From: Crocosphaera subtropica ATCC 51142
GTDB taxonomy: Bacteria > Cyanobacteriota > Cyanobacteriia > Cyanobacteriales > Microcystaceae
Reading direction: 5' to 3'
Length of the DNA stretch: 32,000 nt
Assembly: GCF_000017845.1 (NCBI RefSeq)
Contig: NC_010546.1
Coordinates: forward strand, 4,902,272-4,934,271
This document shows positions 7,626 through 15,694 of the stretch, piece after piece. Numbering within the stretch: the stretch's first letter is position 1; every line of letters starts with the position of its first letter. The notes beneath the pieces were generated by a model. The model was given only the letters and a program-made list of their open reading frames with translations, was not told the origin of the DNA and ran no database searches. Both the position numbers and the translations under genes were made by a program.

Positions 7626-8591
7626 TTACTTATCTGAGTTTAGAGGATAGGTAAGTATCGGTAAACATAACTGTTGAACTTGAATCATATTTGATGTTGC
7701 AAAATAATCAAGAATAGCATTGGCTACATATTCAGCTAATTTCACAGGAACTGCATTACCTATCATTTGTTCTAAATTTGTTTTTGAACCTTCCCAAATA
7801 AAGGTATCAGGGAATGTTTGAAGATAACTCCTTTCTTGAGCGGTTAAAGGACGAACGCTTGACGATAAAGAAACAATATCACCAGGATGTTTTTGATAGG
7901 TTTTAGGGATCGGCCGATTTACTCCTCTTATGGTTGGACTGGGTTCATCAATACTAAAAATTCCTCGTCTTTTATAACTTCTAGGATGTCTATAATAATA
8001 CTCTATTCCCAGTTTATCTCCTAAATAGTCTCTAACTGTCATAGCTTTTTTAGATAAGTTTTTTTTTAAATATGGAATCAATGTATTGTCTTTTTCTTGA
8101 TAAATTCCGACCCAAAAAAAACGCTTTCTTTTTTGAGGAACGCCACATAAACTAGCATCTAAAACTTTTTCTGTGATTCCATATCCGGCTTGTTTTAAAA
8201 TCGTTTTAGCTTCTATATATTTATTGGTTTTGTTAAAACGAGCTACATTTTCTAACACAAAAACTTTAGGTAATATTTGGGTTACAATTTGCGAGAAAGC
8301 AATGGTTAAATCTCCTCTTCCTAAATTTTCATCACGTTTTCCTGCGCTTGAAAAATCTTGACAAGGAGGACCACCCATAATTAGATCAGGATTTAGACTT
8401 TTGAATTCTTCTAAGTATAATTCATAGCGACTGAGATCCCATTTATAAATTGGATGTTTAAAATTTTTCTGATAAATCTTAACTACAGGTTCCCAGTTAT
8501 CGTAAGCAGCAAGTATGGTATATCCTGCATTTTGAAACCCTAATGAAAGTCCACCGCATCCTGCAAATAAATCAATTACTTTCATATACAA
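7626..8591 (-). CDS. DNA (cytosine-5)-methyltransferase (type II R-M methylase)
   Basis: Full C5-MTase motif set in order: I DLFAGCGG, IV GGPPCQDFS, VI ENV, VIII QKRKRFF, IX RPLTAQERSYLQTFPDTF, X GNAVPV. Confidence 0.95.
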   Translation of the reverse strand: MYMKVIDLFAGCGGLSLGFQNAGYTILAAYDNWEPVVKIYQKNFKHPIYKWDLSRYELYLEEFKSLNPDLIMGGPPCQDFSSAGKRDENLGRGDLTIAFSQIVTQILPKVFVLENVARFNKTNKYIEAKTILKQAGYGITEKVLDASLCGVPQKRKRFFWVGIYQEKDNTLIPYLKKNLSKKAMTVRDYLGDKLGIEYYYRHPRSYKRRGIFSIDEPSPTIRGVNRPIPKTYQKHPGDIVSLSSSVRPLTAQERSYLQTFPDTFIWEGSKTNLEQMIGNAVPVKLAEYVANAILDYFATSNMIQVQQLCLPILTYPLNSDK

Positions 8592-8629
8592 AAAACTTTA
8601 TCACTTACTCTATATATTCTAAATCTATT

Positions 8630-9706
8630 TCAACTAAATAAGTTTGGGGTGTTAAGAATGATTGCATCAAATCTTCGTTCTGGACTTAATAATTTTTCTC
8701 CTCCTCCTAAAATTATATTATTAATTTCTTCTCGCTTAATTCTTGGATTTGTTAATTCTGGTGATTTCATATATTTATGAGTTCTCGAACCACTTAAAGC
8801 AAAAGCTTTATCGTTTTTTGTGTTCAAAGATATTTCATCTATGGTAACTGTATGATTAATTTTACTAGTATTAGCGAAATCGTATAACATTTTAGCTAAC
8901 CAAACAACACAGCGTTTATGACGGGTTATTTTCTCTGAATTTAATTCCAATTTGGCTGCATCTATAAATAATCTAGTAAAAGCTAAATTACTCCACATAA
9001 ATATGTCTAAACAATTATCATGAAGCTGAGCAGACTTTCCTTCTGTTTTCCAAATAGGTTGCATAATAAGAGGTATTTGACTATCAAGACACGAACTAAT
9101 AACAACATCAATTACTGAAATTATTTCATCTATAATAGGTAGAATACAACTAGGAGATGTCCAATCTGTAATGAAATTACAGATTGGATTCAAATAATCC
9201 TTTAATATTTTCCTATCTTGTTGATATGCTCTAGCAATACTAATTGATAAATAAACAATAGTTGGAGGTCTAACAACAATTTCACTACCATATTTATCAT
9301 CTGAAAGTTCGCAAGTTGTATTATCTGGTAAAGCAGTTAATTTAATTTCTAGTCCTCTTAAGCAAAGATTATTTTTACTAATATCTATGGTCACTAAATC
9401 TATTCTTGGTAAATTGCCGATGACAATATCTTGATAAGGTATATAATCTCTTTCAAAGGCAAAAAATAAATGAGGTGAACTATAATCTAAACCAAATAGA
9501 GAAGATACCGAAATTTTACCATGCTTAACCGTTAATTTGTGATCAAGAGTTAAATAAACTGGTTGTATGTTTTTGTAACTCATATAACAAGTCAAAGCGG
9601 ATGGAAAAGAACTATTGAATTGATTTTTGCCCCAACTTGATTTTTTACTAAAGTCTCGATTTGATTGATTAATTCCGAATAATCTTGGTTGATAATTATC
9701 ACTCAT
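8630..9706 (-). CDS. Putative type II restriction endonuclease (PD-(D/E)xK), partner of the adjacent C5-MTase
   Basis: 358-aa ORF lying 38 nt upstream of the MTase on the same strand. Candidate catalytic core is PRIDLV...(16 aa)...GLEIKLT (D...ExK). Very AT-rich. Specificity and family cannot be assigned by eye. Confidence 0.6.
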   Translation of the reverse strand: MSDNYQPRLFGINQSNRDFSKKSSWGKNQFNSSFPSALTCYMSYKNIQPVYLTLDHKLTVKHGKISVSSLFGLDYSSPHLFFAFERDYIPYQDIVIGNLPRIDLVTIDISKNNLCLRGLEIKLTALPDNTTCELSDDKYGSEIVVRPPTIVYLSISIARAYQQDRKILKDYLNPICNFITDWTSPSCILPIIDEIISVIDVVISSCLDSQIPLIMQPIWKTEGKSAQLHDNCLDIFMWSNLAFTRLFIDAAKLELNSEKITRHKRCVVWLAKMLYDFANTSKINHTVTIDEISLNTKNDKAFALSGSRTHKYMKSPELTNPRIKREEINNIILGGGEKLLSPERRFDAIILNTPNLFS

Positions 9707-10910
9707 GACTATAAGTTCTACCTCTCCATTGTTTTGGTGTTTGTAAAGAGGATAAAAAGATTCTCAACACGGCTAAAGGATCAGCAAAAGGAGACAACCA
9801 AAATAATAATGATTTAACTAACGAAGACTTATCTTTGTAATAAGAAGGAAAAACAGCAAATAGTAAGGCAAAGCGAATAATTACTAAAATAAGATTCAAG
9901 GCGATCGCCAATTCTAAACTTAGGAAATGATTTCCAGCCAACCAAAAACTAACAAAAACAATTAATAGGAATAAAGGTAAAGCTTGAGTCAATAATAATA
10001 AAATTAAATCACCCCAAACTTGAGGAGGTGAAGTTGCATCTTTAAGATCCAGCGATCGCCCCCATTCGTTCCAGGTTTCTTTGACCCCCTCATACATCCG
10101 TACCCGAATGAGGTTCTTTCCGTCCAAAAAACCCACCTTAAAGCCCTGTTTTGCTGCGTCACGGGCTAGAGTAACATCATCGCAAAACGAACTCGCAGCG
10201 CAACTGTATCCCTCCAATGCGTCTAAAACAGAACGACGGGAGAGGAAACATTGACCATTAGCCATCACCCGATCTGGACTTTGTTCTCGAACTCCAGCCG
10301 AATCAAAACGATATAATAAGGTCATCAATAAAGCTGGTTGTAACCACCATTCTCCTGCATCTTTGAGGATAAATTGAGGGGACAACGAGACGATATCATA
10401 ACCTTCTTCTTCGGCAACCTTCACTAAACTCGCCACTAACCCCCGTTGGGGTTGGGTATCAGCATCAATGCCTAATACCCATTCACTGCGAGGAGAACTG
10501 TGTAAAAATCCATTATGGAGGGCCCAGGGACGGCCAACCCATCCTGAAGGCAAAGGACCATCGGTGATCAAGCGAAAACGGGGATCATGTAATCGGGCCG
10601 TTTTTACCAGTTCTTGGGTTCCATCTTGAGAATGACTATCTACGACAATAATTTCTCGAACTTCATAACTTTGTTGTCCTAACCCTTGTAAACAAGGTGT
10701 AATGCGTTCTGCTTCATTGAGAGTCGGAACCACCACACTCACTTTACCCAACATTTCAGGATCAGGTAATTGGGGTTTTAGGGGTGGGCGACGCATAGCC
10801 CCTTTCAGCAGACGAGACAACAAAATTAAGGTTGCTGTTCCTTGAAACAGTAACGTAGACAGAGAAATAACGCCGATAACCGTATCATTCAACAAAATAG
10901 AAGACTCCAT
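9699..10910 (-). CDS. cruG: Family-2 glycosyltransferase with C-terminal TM helices; CruG-like (carotenoid 2'-O-glycosyltransferase) by context
   Basis: GT2 signatures VSVVVPTLNEAERI...EIIVVDSHSQDGT and a DxD motif (GIDADT). N- and C-terminal membrane helices. Lies directly downstream of a CruF-like membrane protein, as in Synechococcus PCC 7002 cruF-cruG. The GT2 call is about 0.9; the cruG identity is lower. Confidence 0.55.
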   Translation of the reverse strand: MESSILLNDTVIGVISLSTLLFQGTATLILLSRLLKGAMRRPPLKPQLPDPEMLGKVSVVVPTLNEAERITPCLQGLGQQSYEVREIIVVDSHSQDGTQELVKTARLHDPRFRLITDGPLPSGWVGRPWALHNGFLHSSPRSEWVLGIDADTQPQRGLVASLVKVAEEEGYDIVSLSPQFILKDAGEWWLQPALLMTLLYRFDSAGVREQSPDRVMANGQCFLSRRSVLDALEGYSCAASSFCDDVTLARDAAKQGFKVGFLDGKNLIRVRMYEGVKETWNEWGRSLDLKDATSPPQVWGDLILLLLTQALPLFLLIVFVSFWLAGNHFLSLELAIALNLILVIIRFALLFAVFPSYYKDKSSLVKSLLFWLSPFADPLAVLRIFLSSLQTPKQWRGRTYSHE

Positions 10911-10930
10911 GCTCCATGATCCATTGTCAA

Positions 10931-11821
10931 TTATCCATTATTGAAAGACACCTTGGCGAGATTTTCGGGGATATCGGCCTCTGTTGGGGTATCAGCGAGA
11001 CGATATAACACTAATACCGGAATTAAACCAACCATCAACCCTAATAAAACCGGAATATAAATTCCTGCAGCTAAACTCATGATCATGGCAAAGGCAAAAT
11101 TGCTGACATAGATGGCTAAGGGTAAGCCTAAGTTATGTTGAGGAAAATTAAAGGGTTTAACTTTCCAGATGAGGGTAGCAACGGTCATAAATACGGCCCC
11201 TGTCCCAAACCATCCAGCAAAGTTTTGATAAGGCATTCCAAAAAACGCCCCTGGTTGATCCCACACCCAAAAGGGCATAGTGGTTTGACTCATGGCCGGA
11301 TCTAAAACAAAATCCCAAGCGGTTAAGAAAATGGCACCAAGAACAATTGAAGCAACTATTTTTAGCCAATTTTGAGAAATTTTCGTATTTAATCCCGCAC
11401 GAGCAATTAAATAAGCACTAAATCCTAAATAAAACCAAGATAAGGGGATGGTAAAGGGAACTAACCCTGCAATTTTATAACCTAATCCTGTTAAATAGCG
11501 ATAGTGACCAAAAGGAAACCCGGTACTGGTTCCCAGTAATTCACTGCTTAAGGAGATGGCTAACGCTGGTAACATAAAGCCTAACCAATGCCAAACCCCA
11601 AGGGTACGATAAGCATAGACGGTTACGGCTGCCATTCCTAACAACATATACATCACGCCACCGCCAGCCATAGACCAAGCAAAGGCGGTTTTGCCAATGG
11701 GGGGTAAACTAGCAATAAAATCAGGATTAGGCAACACTAACAATAATCCTGCTAAACCAAAGGCCATAGAGAAAATATGGCCAATAACAAGAGTGCGTTC
11801 CACGCGCATAAGGGTACTCAT
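10931..11821 (-). CDS. cruF: Polytopic 'carotenoid biosynthesis protein' family member; CruF-like (carotenoid 1',2'-hydratase)
   Basis: 296-aa protein that is almost entirely TM helices. Size, topology and adjacency to a GT2 gene match cruF-cruG for myxoxanthophyll synthesis. The assignment is from recollection of the family, not an alignment. Confidence 0.5.
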   Translation of the reverse strand: MSTLMRVERTLVIGHIFSMAFGLAGLLLVLPNPDFIASLPPIGKTAFAWSMAGGGVMYMLLGMAAVTVYAYRTLGVWHWLGFMLPALAISLSSELLGTSTGFPFGHYRYLTGLGYKIAGLVPFTIPLSWFYLGFSAYLIARAGLNTKISQNWLKIVASIVLGAIFLTAWDFVLDPAMSQTTMPFWVWDQPGAFFGMPYQNFAGWFGTGAVFMTVATLIWKVKPFNFPQHNLGLPLAIYVSNFAFAMIMSLAAGIYIPVLLGLMVGLIPVLVLYRLADTPTEADIPENLAKVSFNNG

Positions 11822-11893
11822 GAGTTTCTATCAATAGTCTGTGGATTAAATTCTAGTTTACAAAACTTTATAAAAAAAGATAATACTTAATTT

Positions 11894-11928
11894 GAGTTCG
11901 GGGTTTGGGGTTCAAAGTTCGGAGTTAT
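11894..11928. repeat. Heptamer tandem repeat (GAGTTCG GGGTTTG GGGTTCA AAGTTCG GAGTTAT)
   Basis: Five imperfect heptamers read directly, between cruF and the RDD-like gene. Confidence 0.8.
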
Positions 11929-11956
11929 GTTGGTAATGAGACGATCAAGATTTAAG

Positions 11957-11977
11957 AGTGATCACTGGTCACTGTTT
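11957..11977. repeat. Heptamer tandem repeat AGTGATC ACTGGTC ACTGTTT
   Basis: Same ACTGNTC family as 135-155. Abuts the stop codon (11977-11979) of the minus-strand gene. Confidence 0.9.
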
Positions 11978-12582
11978 TAATATTGATCATTGTAGTCGTC
12001 GTAATCATCATAGTAATCATCTCGATAACTTTGTCGTTTAGTTTGACGACTTTGTATTTTTGCTTTAATAATTTTCCACAGTTTCTTTAACCGCAAATCC
12101 AAAGAAAAACCCCGTTTTGTTTGAATAACAATGGTTTTGCCTACTCTATCATGAAACGCTTGATTATATTCTTCATCGCCGATGGCCACCCCACAATCAA
12201 TAATCAAAGGGGTAATAAAGATTAACATCGATAATCCATTCTTAAAATTAATATTTAATCCCACCATTGCTAACATAGCAACAAATCCTAAAATAGCTTC
12301 TCGTTTAGCTAAGTCTTGCAAAACAGGAACACGAAGAAATCGAATATCAATTACTTTGATATCAAACGCCCAACTGCCTAAACTTTGTCCCTTATTTTTT
12401 TCAACAATAATGATCCGCAAAATTAGCCAAACACCGAAAAAAACTAAGTCTTTAACCAATCCTTGAAAAAAAGAACTCAGAAACCAGACTGTTACAAAGT
12501 CTAATAAAAAAGCATAAGCACGACGATCAAGGGGAACTTTAGGAAAGTGTTGATCAGTGGGAGGTAATTGATTAGAATACAT
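11977..12582 (-). CDS. RDD-family-like membrane protein with an acidic/Tyr-rich tail
   Basis: N-terminal PLDRRAYAFLLDFVTVWFL resembles the RDD motif region. Has 3-4 TM helices and a C-terminal tail RDDYYDDYDDYNDQY. Confidence 0.5.
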   Translation of the reverse strand: MYSNQLPPTDQHFPKVPLDRRAYAFLLDFVTVWFLSSFFQGLVKDLVFFGVWLILRIIIVEKNKGQSLGSWAFDIKVIDIRFLRVPVLQDLAKREAILGFVAMLAMVGLNINFKNGLSMLIFITPLIIDCGVAIGDEEYNQAFHDRVGKTIVIQTKRGFSLDLRLKKLWKIIKAKIQSRQTKRQSYRDDYYDDYDDYNDQY

Positions 12583-12593
12583 ACAATTTTTGC

Positions 12594-13262
12594 TTATTTA
12601 AACATCGCTTGAAAGGCTTTTACTTTTAAATCAATTCCGGTAATGGCAGTTCCAACAACAACAGAATAAGCCCCATAATTTAAAGCTCTTTTGGCATCTT
12701 CTGGGGTAGAAATTCCTCCTTCTGCAATAATAGGAACGGTTAATTTTTGGCTCATTTCTTCTAATAAGGAAAACCCTGGAGGGTTAAAATTTTCAGTTTC
12801 TTTAGTATAGCCATAAAGAGTGGTTCCCACAAAATCTGCCCCGGCTTGGGCTGAGGCGATCGCACTTTCTATGGTGTCTACATCAGCCATGACTAATTTT
12901 CCTAACTTTTGTTGAATATTATGGATTAAATCGGCTAATTGTTCTCCTTGGGGACGCTTTCTTAAGGTTCCATCAATGGCGATAATATCGGCTCCTGCTT
13001 CAGCGATCGCTACTGCATCAGTATAACAGGGTGTAATATAAATATCATACCCAGAATAGTCCTGTTTCCACAGCCCAATAATGGGAATATGAGGCAATTC
13101 TTTTCTCACTTGTTTAACATGATCAGGAGTATTAATTCTTATTCCTTTTGCCCCTTGATTAATAGACGCTTTTGCCATAGCAGCAATAATTTTTGGGTCA
13201 AATAATGGAGAATCAATCGGTGCTTGACAAGAAACAATTAAGCTGGATTTTGGTATGATCAT
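12594..13262 (-). CDS. nanE: Putative N-acetylmannosamine-6-phosphate 2-epimerase
   Basis: 222-aa TIM-barrel pattern: LIVSCQA near the N-terminus, ...GIRIN..., IAIDGT and a C-terminal IAEGGI...VVVGTAIT phosphate-binding region, typical of NanE. Confidence 0.8.
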   Translation of the reverse strand: MIIPKSSLIVSCQAPIDSPLFDPKIIAAMAKASINQGAKGIRINTPDHVKQVRKELPHIPIIGLWKQDYSGYDIYITPCYTDAVAIAEAGADIIAIDGTLRKRPQGEQLADLIHNIQQKLGKLVMADVDTIESAIASAQAGADFVGTTLYGYTKETENFNPPGFSLLEEMSQKLTVPIIAEGGISTPEDAKRALNYGAYSVVVGTAITGIDLKVKAFQAMFK

Positions 13263-13289
13263 AAGGCAAAATTAAATTTATAACTAATG

Positions 13290-13310
13290 ACTGATAACTG
13301 TTCACTCATC
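13290..13310. repeat. Heptamer tandem repeat ACTGATA ACTGTTC ACTCATC
   Basis: Same family as above. Overlaps the stop codon (13302-13304) of the kinase gene. Confidence 0.85.
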
Positions 13311-15599
13311 TTCTGATTTATCATTACTGAAGATTAAAGCATTAACTCGCTTAAGTAACAGGTTAGGCTGAATGGGTTTGATTAAATAGTCATCAATTCC
13401 CATCTGAGAAATTTCTGTCCATTCTTTTGAGGTAATTTCATCTCGTAATACTAACACTTTAGTTCCTTGGGTTTCTGGTAATTCTTTTAAGCAAGCATTG
13501 ATTTCTAAAACTTCTGATAAATCTTGATCTAAAATCACTGCTGAGGGTTCTAGTAATTCCAATTTTTTAATTACTTTAGTTCCATCCATCAACCAAATAA
13601 AATGATAATTAGCTGCGGTTAACAACTCACCAATTAATGTGGCAACCTCTTCATTACTTTCCACCAAAACAATGGTTTTATTTTTGGTAAACAAGGCTTG
13701 ATTTTTATCTAAGTTATGAAGGGATTTATATTGATTTTGGGGTTGATTAGGAAGTCTAATAATAAAAGTAGAACCTTGATTGATGATAGATTCAACTTCA
13801 ATGGTTCCTCCATGCAATTCAACTAATTGTTTGGTTAATGCTAATCCTAATCCTGTTCCTCCATACATACGTCTGCGAGAATTTTCTAATTGTTGAAATG
13901 ACTCAAATAATAAAGGAATTTTCTCTTCTTGAATACCAATTCCTGTATCTTCTACTTCGAGGGAAACATGATTATTTTCTCGCCAAATTCTTAAGGTAAC
14001 GCTGCCATTTTCTGGGGTAAATTTTAAGGCATTGTTCAGTAAATGGTAGAGGATCTGTTGTACCCTTTCAGGATCAGCATAAAAGCTATCTTGTTGCTGA
14101 TTAATTTGTAAATCGAGTTCTAAATTAATCCGACGATGTTCTGCTTCATCACTCACCCTTTGTATAACATTTTTAGCTACTTTTGTTAAAGAAAATTCTC
14201 GAACTGCTAATACATATTTTCCTGATTGTAAATTAGAATATTCTAGAATTTCATTGATCATATCTAACAAATGCTTACCACTATTTTGAATGGTTTGTAA
14301 ATACTTTTGTTGTTTATCTAAAGGTAAAGTTGTACTTTCTTGTGACCAATGTAATAAGGTTCCCGATAAGCCAATAATACAAGTTAAGGGAGTTCTTAAT
14401 TCATGACTCATATTCCCTAAAAATTCACTTTTAGAATGATTCGCTGCTTGAGAAGCAACTAACGTATCCCGAAGTTCTTGGGTTCTTTCTATGACTCGCT
14501 GTTCAAAGGTATTTTTTTGTTCTTGTACTTGAGCATATAATTGTGCTTGATAAATAGCAACAGCTAAATGTTCCCCTATTTGTCCTAAAAATGCTTTTTC
14601 ACTCTCTAACCATTGTCTTTTTTTAAAGCATTGATGAGCAATTAATAATCCCCATAATTTACCATTCACTACAATAGGAGCAATTAATTTAGAGAGGACC
14701 CAATATTTTTCGAGAAATCGACTTAAACATAAAGAAGCTGCATATCTCATTTCTACATCATCAATAGCGACAATTTGCCCTTGACGATATTTATATTTAT
14801 ATTGAGGAATATTACTAAAACAAGTGTCTTCTGCAACAAGATTTAATAACGAAGGAATACTTTGAGAAACCCGTGACTCGTAGGTGACTAAACCCGAAGT
14901 TTTTTGTGCATTTTCTGACTGATTATTTGAGATCGTTTTTTCTCTAAACTCATAGATAACTAAGCGATCAACCTGCAAAAAACTGCGTAATTCCCTAACT
15001 GCTGTTTCTAAAATAACGGATAATTCTAAACTTTGGCGAATTTGACCAACAACTTGATTTAAAAGTCTTTCTTGAGCAACTTGTTGGCGTAACGCATCTT
15101 CAACTGGTTCACAAACCCTGAGTCCTTCATACATCACTTCCGAAGTTTCTGAGAACTCCGGCACTAAAATATTCCATAAGCGACCGTTAAAATGGGATTG
15201 GAGGGGGTTTAAGGGGGGTAGATGAGGGGAGATATAGGGAGCTAGGCGATCATGCCAAGGAGAGGCGGGATCAAGGTGCTGTTGTAACTTATGGGTAAAC
15301 TCAGCGATCGCTTGGGGCTCACAGGTAATCGTAACCTGATAAGATAGGGAGGAAGCATTGAGGGTGCCTTGTAACAAAGCACATAACTGGGAGGATAACA
15401 GCAAATAAAAAGTTTTGGCTCCCAAAATTTCAGGAACATTGACGATTTCTGAAGAAATTATGGAATCGTTGAGTAATATCGCTGTAGAATCTTCAATCTC
15501 TACTAGCTCTCGCCAAAGAGAACAAAGTTCCTCAAATATACTGATAGGTAAAGTTCGACGTAAAATAGATTTTGAAACAGGATTCATTACATTGGACAA
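13302..15599 (-). CDS. GAF-domain sensor histidine kinase with a C-terminal receiver-like domain (CikA-like architecture)
   Basis: GAF-like region (VDRLVIYEF...LWGLLIAHQC). H-box SHELRTPL, N-box LLNNALKFTPE, G1 DTGIGI, G2 GGTGLGLALTKQLVELHGG. The C-terminal REC-like fold has VESNEE where the DD acidic pocket normally sits, plus ILDQDL and IKPI. Confidence 0.9.
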   Translation of the reverse strand: MSNVMNPVSKSILRRTLPISIFEELCSLWRELVEIEDSTAILLNDSIISSEIVNVPEILGAKTFYLLLSSQLCALLQGTLNASSLSYQVTITCEPQAIAEFTHKLQQHLDPASPWHDRLAPYISPHLPPLNPLQSHFNGRLWNILVPEFSETSEVMYEGLRVCEPVEDALRQQVAQERLLNQVVGQIRQSLELSVILETAVRELRSFLQVDRLVIYEFREKTISNNQSENAQKTSGLVTYESRVSQSIPSLLNLVAEDTCFSNIPQYKYKYRQGQIVAIDDVEMRYAASLCLSRFLEKYWVLSKLIAPIVVNGKLWGLLIAHQCFKKRQWLESEKAFLGQIGEHLAVAIYQAQLYAQVQEQKNTFEQRVIERTQELRDTLVASQAANHSKSEFLGNMSHELRTPLTCIIGLSGTLLHWSQESTTLPLDKQQKYLQTIQNSGKHLLDMINEILEYSNLQSGKYVLAVREFSLTKVAKNVIQRVSDEAEHRRINLELDLQINQQQDSFYADPERVQQILYHLLNNALKFTPENGSVTLRIWRENNHVSLEVEDTGIGIQEEKIPLLFESFQQLENSRRRMYGGTGLGLALTKQLVELHGGTIEVESIINQGSTFIIRLPNQPQNQYKSLHNLDKNQALFTKNKTIVLVESNEEVATLIGELLTAANYHFIWLMDGTKVIKKLELLEPSAVILDQDLSEVLEINACLKELPETQGTKVLVLRDEITSKEWTEISQMGIDDYLIKPIQPNLLLKRVNALIFSNDKSEDE

Positions 15600-15694
15600 G
15601 GCTAGAGAAAAAGAGACATAATCCTTAAATAGAATTTCTCCATTTTTCTATCCTATCCTGAAACCTCATTTTCTTTAAATGTTAAGGAGTTTTA

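Noticed and set aside
7626-9706. Using absence of HIP1 (GCGATCGC) as proof of foreign origin for the R-M cassette, the islet and the intron
   Set aside because: I count only 17 HIP1 sites in 32 kb, about 1 per 1.9 kb. Native stretches of 3-4 kb, such as the 3' half of cobN and fbp plus the peroxidase gene, also lack it. Absence over about 2 kb is therefore not significant. Composition and gene content are the better arguments.
15600-15694. Cobalamin riboswitch upstream of cobN
   Set aside because: Only about 95 nt of AT-rich spacer is available. It has no B12-box-like GCCACTG core and no room for the roughly 200-nt aptamer.
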